Notes: generated from the sequence alone by a model not told the origin. DNA of 64,000 nt from Squalus acanthias (GCA_030390025.1 CM059438.1:56608001-56672000); one strand, 5' to 3'. Counted from the stretch's first letter, positions 52,036-63,749 are shown. A program made the numbers and translations.

Positions 52036-52183
52036 TTACAGATTCGTAGAATGTTACTGCACAGTAAGTTTTGTGCTGCTGTTTTTCTCTACATGAGTAC
52101 TAACATATGTGAGGGGAAGATCAGTGTAAGTGGTTTAACATGTTAATACTGTGCATTCTGCACGGTGTGGCTGGCTCCTATTA

Positions 52184-52480
52184 CCTTGCTTGACCTGGAA
52201 AGGTCATTGAACTTGTTTCTGTACTGCCTGGTTATGCACGAGGTGGTTGAGTTGTCACTCACTGCCCTGGCTAGCTCCTCTTGGGCAGCTCTTCTAGCGG
52301 TGCTCTGTGCCAAAACTCTGCTTCACTTCCTGCAACTGCACTTCTACTGCTACTTCTGCAAACTTGGGGATTCTCTGTCCTCCTGACAGACATCTTCTCA
52401 GAACCTTATTTTAGCAAAAGTATTAATGACGCTGCAAGCCTTTAAATCCGAATGGACGGATTCCCAATCGGAGGTGTTTC
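52184..52480 (-). pseudogene. Fossil Harbinger Myb/SANT-like DNA-binding protein exon
   Basis: Manual translation RRAAQEELARAVSDNSTTSCITRQYRNKFNDLSRSSK followed by donor-like AAG|gtaata; resembles the W.E.A..V...R...Q.RKK.NDL motif. Confidence 0.55.
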
Positions 52481-53225
52481 TGACACCTGGTACTTTGTAA
52501 AGTATTATAATGATGCTAACCCCACACATTTCCCCAGTGTTCCCCGCATGAATTGTGATCATAGGAACATAGGAATTGCTAGACGAATAAAGACCAAGGC
52601 CCATTTAGTTCACTTCCCACCATCCTGGTAGTCACATGATACATCCCACTTCTGGCCAAGTTTGTGGCCAATCGGAATATCCAAGTTTTTGTGTCAGCCC
52701 CAAAGCAATAGGTTCATTAAAGACGACCTTGAATGTCTGTCAGACTGATCAAGCTCAGCCAAGGATGATATTAGTAGATCAGTACAAGTATAATCATTAT
52801 TTGTTAGAGGGTAATGATGATCCATTGAGACCAAAGGAATGTTTCAAATTGTATGGCTAAGCTAAGGAATATACTGCCTGGTTTTCATGGGAATGTCGTT
52901 TTTGAGGAAGGTCATCTTGTGATTTTTGTTGTTGTCTGTCTGAGTGGCTTCGATAGGGCCACAATTAGAAAAGGGCAGAAATACCTGGAGCTCCAGAGTA
53001 GGAATGGAAGGATTGAAGGAAGGGTAAATACCAGGATATCTATAACTCTCAAATCTCTGGTTAGCAAACATGAAACAGACTGATAGTCAGTATTGTGGAA
53101 TAGATGTGCCTGAAGGGGTTTGGAGCTTAAACGTATCTTGAGAGGCTCTTCTGAGACAATCCATGTCTGAAATATAAGCAAACAGGCAGTCACATTTCTG
53201 GGTATCTTTTTCTAAGTATAGAGCC

Positions 53226-54040
53226 TGGGGGTAGAAATTTGGGCGTGCCCACTGTTGGACATGCAGAGGGATGGGTGGAGGGTGTGCAAGGTGAAATCCC
53301 TGCACGTGAATGGCGAGGCTCAAGGTCCAAGGTGCCCAATATTGGGCCTCATTAAAATCAAGCCAGCGTGGCGCAAACAGCCAGGCGGCGAAGAGTAAAC
53401 AAAGGTCGGGCTGCTGCTAGTGTCACAGTGGCCCTCAGTGGGGGTCAGGAGGTCTGGGGGCCAGGGAGGGGAAACGGCAGTCGGGATGGGGAATTGGAGG
53501 CCAGGTCGGAGGGAGCGGCGGCTCAGGTTCTTTACAGGTGGGGTTGGGATGAGCACTCCTGCTCCCCCTGGCTTCACATTCAAGCAAGTAAATTTCAAAA
53601 ACATACCTTTTTGGTAGATGGCGGTCCCAAGGTCTGGTTTTACTGAGTATAGTAGGCACCGGCTACCTCAGGGCAAACCAATCTTGCAGTGGAGGCCTCA
53701 AACAGACATTAGGCCCCTTATTTGCATATGCAAACTGCCTAACGCCTGTTTCCGAAGTGGGCTCTATCAATGTTCCCTCTCGGCTGTGTGCGTGTGCGGC
53801 CGCTCAGTAATCTGCAAGGGACTGCGCAGGCCGCTCACAAGCTTTCCCATTTGAATTACCGCGCATGCGCAGAAATTTAATGGGACCGCACATTGAAATA
53901 AACAGGCCGCGCACAACAAAGACAATTTAGAGGGAACATTGGGCACTGTCCGTCATTTTAATTCCCTGCCCGTCATATTGGGGACTTAGTAGGCTGTTTA
54001 TTGCCCAAAAAAACAGCGCTGTGCGTCTGAATTCTTCATC
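53226..54040. mobile_element. Degraded GC-rich MITE-like element
   Basis: Starts ggggtagaaatt, similar to the terminus at 36262; right end uncertain. Confidence 0.4.
53768..53941. mobile_element. 174-bp hAT-like MITE
   Basis: 13-bp TIR caatgttccctct / agagggaacattg; degenerate 8-bp TSD ggctctat / ggcactgt. Confidence 0.8.
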
Positions 54041-54492
54041 TTCTGAGGATGACCGTCTGCACTTGTTTAGACTTAGATAGATTTTAAACTGGTAAGTGCT
54101 TCCATTAAAATAGCAGACAAAGGAATGTTATACAAACCTATTAAGCGAATATTGAAACCAGTAATTTCCTGGTTTACACTTGTTATAAAACGTCCTTTGA
54201 TTTGGGGCTGTTATGATGAGGGAAGAGGTTTTAACACCTGGCACCTCCTTTCAAAGCATGCCACCCAAGTTTTAAAAAAATCCTTTGTGAGCTTGGAGGC
54301 TGTTTGATTTAATCCATAAACCAGTGATTGTTACTGGAAACCTCCCTCCCTGTGCTGACAGAAAGCTATGATAGCATGATGCTATGATTTTTAATTCCAC
54401 TGCTATCAACAAATTTGTTTGTGAAATTCTACTTTTTAAGATAGTAGACACAGTGCACCAGGAGTACTGTACTGCATCACCTGTGTGCCAAA

Positions 54493-54889
54493 CTCCAGCT
54501 GATACACTCCAGTACTGCAGAGCTCCCAGCTGATACACTCCAGTACTGCAGAGCTCTCCAGCTGATACACTACAGTACTGCAGAGCTCTCCAGCTGATAC
54601 ACTACAGTACTGCAGAGCTCCCCAGCTGATACACTCCAGTACTGCAGAGCTCCCCAGCTGATACACTCCAGTACTGCAGAGCTCTCCAGCTGATACACTC
54701 CAGTACTGCAGAGCTCTCCAGCTGATACACTCCAGTACTGCAGAGCTCCCCAGCTGATACACTCCAGTACTGCAGAGCTCTCCAGCTGATACACTACAGT
54801 ACTGCAGAGCTCTCCAGCTGATACACTCCAGTACTGCAGAGCTCCCCAGCTGATACACTCCAGTACTGCAGAGCTCTCCAGCTGATACC
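54493..54889. repeat. 32-bp minisatellite, ~12 copies
   Basis: Unit ccagctgatacact(c/a)cagtactgcagagctc(t/c). Confidence 0.95.
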
Positions 54890-54935
54890 AATGGCCAGAG
54901 TTTAAGTACTAAATTGCTCGTGGCAGCAGAATTTA

Positions 54936-55169
<234 letters not shown>

Positions 55170-55744
55170 CTAAAAAAAGTATAAAGTCAACATTAACATA
55201 AGTAAATGAGTTAAGCATGTTTAAGAGGACTAGGTCTAGTATGCATGGACACTATCATTAATCGGACATACACTCATCCCAGATCCCTGGAGGATTTTGC
55301 TCCTTTAATGTAGTTTACTTTTAACACCACCCCACTTGAACTAATGAAACAACAGAAGTATTCTTCACTCTGCAAATAAAAAGGAATGGACCACAGGTTC
55401 AGGGTGGCAAGAGGCACGGTTACGCACGGATACCATTAAGTATTTCTGTATGCAGCTGGAATAGGTTTCCCATAGGGAGGTTGAGGCCAGAACACTGGAC
55501 TCATTCAAGAAACAGCTAGATGGGAAGAGAGTAGGGATGGTATTCTGAAAGAGATCAAATGGACTGAAAGGCTTTCTTCATCCAAACCTACCTCATAATA
55601 TGATGAAACAAAAGCCCAACAAGTAACAATATATAACAATTTTCTCAACTTTACAGTAACAAAGATGATGGCAACAAGGAAGAATCTCTCTCCCCTAGGT
55701 GAAATTATCAAATTCCACTTGTGTGACAACACACGTGATGCTTC

Positions 55745-56940
55745 CTCACTTACTCACCAATAACCTGCTCACTGATGTTGAGTTTCTAGTCCGTCAGGAC
55801 CACTCGGCTCCAGACCTCACTATAGCCAGAGACAAAAGAGCTAAATTCAATGGGGATCAGGGGGAAAACTCTCCAGTGGCTGGAGTCATACCTAGCACAA
55901 AGGAAGATGGTTGTGGTTGTTGGGAGGCCAATCATCTCAGCCCCAGGACATCGCTGCAGGAGTTCCTCAGGGCAGTGTCCTAGGCCCAACCATCTTCAGC
56001 TGCTTCATCAATGACCTTCCCTCCATCATAAGGTCAGAGGTGGGGCTGGTCGCTGATGATTGCAGTGTTCAGATTGCACAGTGTTCAGTTTCAAATGCAA
56101 TTCCTCGCAGTCAATGGCCACATGTAGCAAGACCTGGACAACATTCAGGCTTGGGCTGATAAGTGGCAAGTAACATTCCTGCCACACAAGTGCCAGGCAA
56201 TGACCATCTCCAACAAGAGAGTCTAATCACCTTCCCATGAGATTCAATGGCATTACCATCACCTGAGGGTGGGGGGAGGGCGTCACCATTGACCAGAAAC
56301 TCAACTGGTTCTGCCAAATAATTGCCGTGGCTACAAGAGCAGGTCAGAGGTTAGGTATTCTGTGGCGAGTGACTCACCTCCTGACTCCCCAAAGCCTTTA
56401 CAACACCTACAAGGCACAAGTCAGGAGTGTGATGGAATACTCTCCTTTTGCCTGGATGGGTGCAGCTACAACATCACCTCAAGAAGCTCGACACCATCCA
56501 GGACAAAAGCAGTCCGCTTGATCAGCAGCCCACCCACATCCTTAAACATCCACTCCCTCCACCACAGGTGCACTATGGCTGCAGCATGCACTATCTACAG
56601 ATGCACTGCAGCAACTCACCAAGGCTTCTTCGACAGCACCTCCCAAACTCTCAACCTCCACCAGCTAGAAGGACAAGGGCAGCAGGTGCATGGGAACACC
56701 ATCACCTACAAGGTCCCCTCAAAGTCACATACCATTCTGACTTGGACATACATCGGTGTGCCTTCATCGTCGCTGGGTCAAAATCCTGGAACCCCCTAAC
56801 TAACAGCACTGTGAGAGTACCATCACCACAGATTACAGCGATTCAAGAAGGCAGCTCATCACCACTTTCTCAAGGGCAACTAGGGATGGGCAACATATGC
56901 CTTGCCAGTGACTCCTTTATCACAAGAATATTGTTTTTAA
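55745..56940 (+). mobile_element. CR1-group (Zenon/Crack-like) LINE fragment
   Basis: [21 protein letters not shown] and ATRAGQRLGIL motifs, same 3' end as 50510-52035. Confidence 0.8.
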
Positions 56941-58326
56941 TTCCTGTTATCACTGGAATGGAACCTCATGGGATAGTACATTAAGGAGGGCAGTCTAAAA
57001 AACAACCACCAAAGTTCCATTTGCACTATGGGCCAAAATCCTAAAAGCCATCCGGATTTGCACCAAGTGTGAAAGGACCTCAGTTGGTAATCTCCTTTCC
57101 TGTTGAATAGGCAGATCCATCACAGAAAATACTGCTGAAAATCAAAGTAGTTTCCATCCCTCCGGGTAGAACAGAAGTCACATTCTGTCCTACCATTGAG
57201 ATTTACTGACATTCAGGAAAGATGTCAGACAAAATAATTTGCAACGCCATTATGGGATTGTTAGAACCATTTCTCCTTCCATTGTCTTCACCAAAGCACG
57301 CACTTCTCAGCAGGAGACAGATCCAAACAGTATACCTCGGAAAAACCATGGAGGCTGCTCCAAGTACTTTCCTGAAGGATGGAGTCTAGAGATTGCGAGT
57401 GTTGGCTATGAAGCAGCTATTATTTGGGTAGAATAATCTTTTACATTGCCTGACAATTTGTGACGAGGTTACTCATTGCTAGAATTCATGCCCCATCTCA
57501 CAATACACAACTTGTAGATGATATAATCTAAAATTATGCTTCCAAAAGAAATGATGATCCGGAAACATATGAAAATGATGGTCAAGAAAAGACCCACTGG
57601 CACATATAACTTGGTCCATATTGTTGTGATGCCCTGTGCATCATAGTACAGACACTCCCCACCTAACTGATAACCATGTAATCTCCTGGGAGAGTAAAAC
57701 CCCAGGCCAATTAGGGGAAAAATCTAGAAAATCCCTCTCTGACCCCCTTTAGGCGATCAAAACTAGTTCAGGAGATCACATAGACCCTGATTTATATTAT
57801 GGAACATGTACCTTTGTACGAGGTGATCTCCACCCCAGAAAGAAATAGGTCCAGCTCTTTCTTGAAGGGCTACATTGAATCAGCGTCCACTACACTAACC
57901 GGCAGCCTGTTCCATAGGTTCACTATTCTCTGGGAAAAGAAGAACCACCTCACATCCAACCTAGTTCTGCCATTTCATAACTTGTAAGCGTGACCCCTGG
58001 TCCTATCTAATCTATTCAGTTGAAATAATTGGTCTACATAAACATATACTAGTCCCTTCATTATTTTATAAACCTCAATCAAATCTCCTGAGTCTACGGT
58101 AATCTAAAGTATACAGATTGTGAGCCTATCTGTGCAACTAAGATGTTTTAAACTGGGGATTAATCTTGTGGCCCTCCTCTGCACTCTTAATATCCCCCAC
58201 CAAGTGAGAAGACCAAAACTCAACACAGTATTCTAACTGAGGCCTAACCAAGGTCCTGAACAAGGACAAAATGGTATGCTTTGTTTTATAGTGAATTGTC
58301 CCGTGAATACAACCTAGAACCCTGTT

Positions 58327-58520
58327 TGTGGTAACACAATACAGCTTCCTGTGACTCGAACTTTATTGCATCACTTCCTGTGATTAGTCCAGGATACATA
58401 CTGGGCTGATCAGTTGGATCCTGGAGAGGCATAGAGTAAGACCTCTTTTGTATGTAGCACCTTTTTAGTTGATTAAAGCTTACTTTAAGTTCACCACGCG
58501 TAAGGCTCATTCTTACGACA
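58327..58520 (+). repeat. 5' LTR
   Basis: Direct repeat of 62602-62795. Confidence 0.97.
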
Positions 58521-58521
58521 A

Positions 58522-58532
58522 TTTAATCAACT
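58522..58532 (+). promoter_or_regulatory. Putative self-priming primer-binding site
   Basis: tttaatcaact is the exact reverse complement of LTR 58467-58477 agttgattaaa; no TGG tRNA-type PBS present. Confidence 0.7.
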
Positions 58533-58598
58533 TTGAAAAACTTCGCACTCAAACTTTTTGGACGAACTCGGAACTAAGGATCCAGGGAATCACCCATC

Positions 58599-58922
58599 AT
58601 GGAAAACATCCTTAAACCATCGCGTCTTGACTTGGACCCAAACACCCCAGCAGCCGGTAAGGTGTGGAAACACTGGTATCGCACGTTTGACAATTTTCTC
58701 GAATATTGCAAGGCTGATGATGACTCAAAATTGCGGATACTCATCAACTGTGTCACCCCGAATGTATTTCAGTATGTCGAGGAATGGGGCAGTTACGAGG
58801 AGGCAATTCGGACGCTTAAAAGACTATATACTAAGACACCGAATGAGGTCTATGCCAGACATCTACTAGCTACAGCCCAACAAGGGCCGGAGGAATCCAT
58901 TGATAAATTCCTCCAGACTTAG
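58599..58922 (+). CDS. Gypsy Gag N-terminal part (ends at a +1 frame discontinuity)
   Basis: MENILKPSRLDLDPN..WKHW..YARHLLATAQQGPEESIDKF. Confidence 0.8.
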   Translation: MENILKPSRLDLDPNTPAAGKVWKHWYRTFDNFLEYCKADDDSKLRILINCVTPNVFQYVEEWGSYEEAIRTLKRLYTKTPNEVYARHLLATAQQGPEESIDKFLQT

Positions 58923-61900
58923 TATGGACTGTAACTTTCAGGCGGCCTCAGCTGAGCTGTACCGTGAAGAAATGATCCGTGATGCTTTCATCTGCGGGCT
59001 TGCCTCCCCATTTATACGCCAGCGTCTACTGGAAAGTAAGACACTTGAGCTTCAGAGAGCTTATGACATGGCTTGCTCTCTAGATCTGGCAAAAAGAAAT
59101 GCAGACCTTTATACAGTGCCCAGACCTCGGTCTGCTGCCTTAACTACAGTCAGGCAATTTAAGAGGCCACAGGTGAACTCTATTAGGGAGGACTTTATCC
59201 CTGACGATCAATCTGATGACTTCACTGATGAAGAGGATCATGACCCCACTGTGGCAGCCTCTTGGCAATCTAAGAAATGCTTCTTTTGTGGTGATGAGTT
59301 TCACCCTCGGAAATTCTGCCCTGCTCGCAATGCGTTTTGCAGTCATTGCAACAAAAAGGGTCATTTTGCAAAGGTTTGCCTATCAAGAGCCTCTACGAGG
59401 GCTTATCAAGCTAAGTCCTACCGAACTGCCCCGGTAAGGGCCTATCAAGATGTTCCGGCTAAAATCTATCGTGCTTCCTCTCGGGTTTTCTCTCGAAGAA
59501 ACACACCTAGAGTTTCAGCCACTCTTTGTGCAACGACACCAATTACAGCTGCTTGTCCTCAGAACCTATTCCATGCAGCTACAAAAGCATCAATTAATGG
59601 ACATACTTTAGATGCCTTAATTGACTCAGGTAGCACTGATAGTTTCATTAGGGAACAGATTGTTGCAGAGTTAAAGCTACATGTTTTCCCATCGGACCAG
59701 GCAATTGCGATGGCTCAGTCATCACTTAATACCAGAATTTCTGGCTTTTGTATGGTTGAAATAACACTTAATGGTCACAGGTATCCCTCCACCCAGCTTT
59801 CGGTGCTCAAGGACTTATGTAGTGATCTTATCTTAGGGCTAGATTTTCAAAAGCAGCATAAGAAGCTCACCATTGAGTTCGGCGGCTCCAAACCTGAACT
59901 CACTATTTCTAATATACGACCTCGATTACCGTTCTGTGCATTGTCAGCAGCTTCACTGGATGAACCCTCACTGTTTACCAGTATCCCTCCTCGATGCAAA
60001 CCGATTATAACAAAGTCACGACGTTTCAGTCAGGAAGACCAGTCTTTTATTGCGGCTGAGATTTCTCGGCTTTTAGCAGAGGATATCATCGAGCCTTGTT
60101 CGTCGCCATGGCGCGCCCAGGTCGTTATTGTTAAGAACCCTCTACAACCTCACAAGAAACGGCTGTGCATTGACTATTCACAGACCATCAATCAATATAC
60201 GGACTTGGACGCATACCCATTGCCGCGCATCGATGATATGGTTAATAAACTGGCTGAGTACACGGTGTTCTCAACATATGATCTGAAAAGTGCCTATCAT
60301 CAGGTACCCTTGAAGGTCTCAGACAAGCAGTATACTGCCTTTGAAGCCAATGGACGGCTGTATCAATTTCGTCGCCTCCCCTTTGGGGTCACTAATGGAG
60401 TGGCTGTCTTCCAGCGAGCAATGGATGACCTGGTCAAACAGGAAGACTTAAAGGATACGTTTCCTTATCTGGACAATATAACTGTCGCAGGTCGCAATCA
60501 GCGGGAACATGACGCCAATCTCCAACGATTTTGGGATGCACTCCAGCACCGTAATTTGACATTAAATGCGGCTAAATCCATTGAGTCACAACCAACCATC
60601 AACATCCTTGGCTATTGTGTGGGCAATGGCATCATTAAACCTGACCCTGAAAGGCTTCGCCCACTCCAAGAACTCCCGCCACCTAAGAATCCGGCCACCT
60701 TGCGCCGGGCCCTCGGCCTGTTTGCATACTATGCTAAATGGATTCCTAACTTCTCGGACCGAATCCAACCTCTACTGAAGGCCAGCACATTCCCACTAGA
60801 CACAACGGCTGTTGCAGCCTTTAACCTCCTGAAAAAACAGTTGGAGAAAGCGGCTCTTCACTCCATCGATGAGAGTCTTCCTTTTGTTGTTGAGTGTGAT
60901 GCCTCGGAGGTGGCGATCTCGGCCACTCTGAATCAGGAAGGTCGTCCGGTGGCATTTTTGTCCAGGACTTTTCAAGGGGCTGAGCTACATTATCCTCCAG
61001 TCGAGAAAGAAGCTACAGCCATCATAGAGGCAGTACGGAAGTGGACTCATCTCCTAGCTCGCCAGCACTTTACCTTAATCACGGACCAGCGATCGGTTGC
61101 CTTCATGCTCGATAATCGAAAACGGACCAAAATTAAAAATAATAAAATCCAGCTTTGGCGGCTGGAATTGGCCTCTTTTGGTTACACCATCCACTATCGA
61201 CCTGGCAAGGAGAATGTGACTCCGGACACCCTCACACGAGCATTCTGCTCCGCCATGGCACCCTCTACGCTCGTAGACATCCATGATGGGTTGTGTCATC
61301 CGGGCGTTACTCGCATGCTACACTTCGTGCGGTCCCGAAATCTCCCATTCTCTACCGGGGATGTAAAGAAGATGTGCTCGGACTGCAGAGTCTGTGCGGA
61401 ATTGAAACCTCAGTTTTTCCGCCCCTCGGGTGGTATACTCATACATGCGACCCAGCCAATGCAACGGCTTAGCATCGATTTTAAGGGGCCGTTGCCCTCT
61501 TCAACTCGCAACACTTATCTATTGACCATGGTCGATGAGTATTCCCGTTTTCCGTTTGCCTTTCCCTGCCCCAATATGCTGACGACCACGGTTATCAGCT
61601 GCCTTGAGCAGGTATTTGCTTTCTGTGGCATGGCATCCTATGTTCATTCGGATCGGGGCCCTTCTTTTATGTCAGGAGAACTCAAGGTCTATCTCTCAGA
61701 ACGGGGTATTGCTGCCAGCAGAACGACGCCTTATCATCCGGTCGGGAATGGGCAAGTCGAGCGTTTTAACGCTATCATCTGGAATGCGGTACGTCTGGCT
61801 TTGAGATCTCGGGGCCTACCCAACCAGCAATGGGAAGCAGTACTTCCAGACGCATTACACTCCACACGGTCCCTCCTTTCGACCGCCACAAATACGACGC

Positions 61901-62379
61901 CTCATGAACGGTTCTTCCGATTTCAGCGTCGCTCATCCTATGGGATATCTCTCCCATCGTGGCTGACTGCACCGGGACCAGTGCTACTCCGAAGATATGT
62001 TCGGGCGTCTAAGAATGACCCCCTGGTAGATGAGGTTGAGCTCACTGACGTCAACCCTACCTACGCCTATATTCGGTATCCTGACGGTCGGGAATCTACC
62101 GTGTCATTGCGGGATCTGGCTCCCTGCCCGCCGAAACATAGAGGGACACCAGGGGATGATATTGTACCAGGCACATCTCTGGGCTCGCCAGGTGCCTCTC
62201 ATCACAATCTGGATCTGACGCCGGCTGGTACCTCACTCCAGCGTGCCGACCTTGGGCAGACTGACTATGAACCCGTCGGGGCTCGCACGCGCAGCCACGA
62301 TCCACCCCGTACCATACGCTCGGAAACGGATCTGCCACAGCCCTGCCCGACACCCGTTCGGGCACCAGTACACAGTTAG
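58900..62379 (+). CDS. Gypsy Gag C-terminus plus Pol (Zn knuckles, protease, RT, RNase H, integrase)
   Basis: CFFC..H....C and CSHC....H....C; LIDSGS; LPFG, YLDN; CDAS, EKEA, TDQ; HHCC, IDFKG, SDRG, GQVER. Open for 1159 codons; the listed start is probably not a true initiator. Confidence 0.95.
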   Translation: MINSSRLSMDCNFQAASAELYREEMIRDAFICGLASPFIRQRLLESKTLELQRAYDMACSLDLAKRNADLYTVPRPRSAALTTVRQFKRPQVNSIREDFIPDDQSDDFTDEEDHDPTVAASWQSKKCFFCGDEFHPRKFCPARNAFCSHCNKKGHFAKVCLSRASTRAYQAKSYRTAPVRAYQDVPAKIYRASSRVFSRRNTPRVSATLCATTPITAACPQNLFHAATKASINGHTLDALIDSGSTDSFIREQIVAELKLHVFPSDQAIAMAQSSLNTRISGFCMVEITLNGHRYPSTQLSVLKDLCSDLILGLDFQKQHKKLTIEFGGSKPELTISNIRPRLPFCALSAASLDEPSLFTSIPPRCKPIITKSRRFSQEDQSFIAAEISRLLAEDIIEPCSSPWRAQVVIVKNPLQPHKKRLCIDYSQTINQYTDLDAYPLPRIDDMVNKLAEYTVFSTYDLKSAYHQVPLKVSDKQYTAFEANGRLYQFRRLPFGVTNGVAVFQRAMDDLVKQEDLKDTFPYLDNITVAGRNQREHDANLQRFWDALQHRNLTLNAAKSIESQPTINILGYCVGNGIIKPDPERLRPLQELPPPKNPATLRRALGLFAYYAKWIPNFSDRIQPLLKASTFPLDTTAVAAFNLLKKQLEKAALHSIDESLPFVVECDASEVAISATLNQEGRPVAFLSRTFQGAELHYPPVEKEATAIIEAVRKWTHLLARQHFTLITDQRSVAFMLDNRKRTKIKNNKIQLWRLELASFGYTIHYRPGKENVTPDTLTRAFCSAMAPSTLVDIHDGLCHPGVTRMLHFVRSRNLPFSTGDVKKMCSDCRVCAELKPQFFRPSGGILIHATQPMQRLSIDFKGPLPSSTRNTYLLTMVDEYSRFPFAFPCPNMLTTTVISCLEQVFAFCGMASYVHSDRGPSFMSGELKVYLSERGIAASRTTPYHPVGNGQVERFNAIIWNAVRLALRSRGLPNQQWEAVLPDALHSTRSLLSTATNTTPHERFFRFQRRSSYGISLPSWLTAPGPVLLRRYVRASKNDPLVDEVELTDVNPTYAYIRYPDGRESTVSLRDLAPCPPKHRGTPGDDIVPGTSLGSPGASHHNLDLTPAGTSLQRADLGQTDYEPVGARTRSHDPPRTIRSETDLPQPCPTPVRAPVHS

Positions 62380-62601
62380 GATCGTCCTGACCCCTCACAG
62401 AGCGGGCTGGATCACTCGGACTCTGGTCCACGGCCCGCGGCGGGTAAACGGGCTAGGGGCCCTCTACCGCTACGAGAACCCAAACGGGTGCGGCTCTCCC
62501 TCGTCCAGCGGCTACGAAATGGAGGGAGAATGTGGTAACACAATACAGCTTCCTGTGACTCGAACTTCATCCCGGCCTCCTAATCTTTTGGGGGGGGAGA
62601 A

Positions 62602-62795
62602 TGTGGTAACACAATACAGCTTCCTGTGACTCGAACTTTATTGCATCACTTCCTGTGATTAGTCCAGGATAAATACTGGGCTGATCAGTTGGATCCTGGA
62701 GAGGCATAGAGTAAGACCTCTTTTGTATGTAGCACCTTTTTAGTTGATTAAAGCTTACTTTAAGTTCACCACGCGTAAGGCTCATTCTTACGACA
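62602..62795 (+). repeat. 3' LTR
   Basis: Direct repeat of 58327-58520, preceded by PPT. Confidence 0.97.
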
Positions 62796-63749
62796 CTGTT
62801 TGCTTTAGTTATAGTTTCACGGCATTGGTCATAAACCATTAGAGAGTGATGCACTAAAACACCGAGATATCTTTCGCCACTGGCTTCAATTGTTTCCTGT
62901 AGGGTGTAAGTATATTCTGCATTTAATTGGCCCACATACATAACACTACATTTTTCTAAGCTAAACATAATTTGTCAAACACGGGCCCATTCTTCCAACA
63001 CATCGAAATCTGCTTGGAGTAGTAGAGCATCCTCTACAGTCCTAACATGCGCACATATCTTGGTATCGTCCACAAACCTGTGTATCATTCTCCCAACACC
63101 TACATCTAAATCATTAATGAAAACAGTAAATAGCAAAGGTCCTCCTAACACCAATCGCTACTGGGCACCACTGGTAACCAAGCAGATCCAAATCTATTGA
63201 CTACAAATTTCTGCCAACAGGTAATCAGCCAGTTCTCCATCCACCGCAGCAGATTATCACTAATTCCACAGGAGAAGCTTCTTGTGAGGTACCTTAGTCA
63301 TGTTGATATACTACCTTACAGACTTACAAAACATCAAGGTCATAAAACCTGTGTTGAACTTGAGAAACAGCTTGCACAGGGTAAAGTTTAGGCATTACTT
63401 TCTGAGATAACTAAAACTTAGAAACACTTTAGGGAAAGATTTAGTGAGATCCAAGAACTACTTCATTCTGACCATTAAAAGGACTATGATAGATCCTTGA
63501 CCACAGCAGAAAGTTCAAATATTCAGCATTTGGAAACAAGGGCTAAAAAGTGACTGTTTTGTGTGTAAGAAAGCTAATACCACATGAATAAGCTCAAAGC
63601 AATAGATCAGTTTGAGATAAAGTAAGGTGGGAAGCTCATGTGGAGCATAAACACTGGCATAGACCTGTTGGGCCGAATGGCCTGCTTTTGTGCTGTAAAA
63701 TTCTATGAACAATGTTTTGATCTCAATTGGGGATAAAAAGAATTGAAAG

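Larger units (their letters stand above)
58327..62795 (+). mobile_element. Young full-length Ty3/Gypsy LTR retrotransposon
   Basis: 194-bp TG..CA LTRs differing at one site (58397 vs 62672); 5-bp TSD ctgtt (58322-58326, 62796-62800); PPT 62590-62601; PR-RT-RH-INT order. Confidence 0.97.
57570..63290 (-). mobile_element. Old CR1 (57570-58326 + 62796-63290), host of the Gypsy insertion
   Basis: Decayed C-terminal ORF2 on both sides (FSLEKCSVMYVG, LGVLVHHSL, KAN). Confidence 0.7.

Noticed and set aside
58390..58400. LTR mismatch (gataaata vs gatacata) as a TATA-box knockout
   Set aside because: It lies ~70 nt from the inferred start site, too far for a TATA box under the self-priming model.
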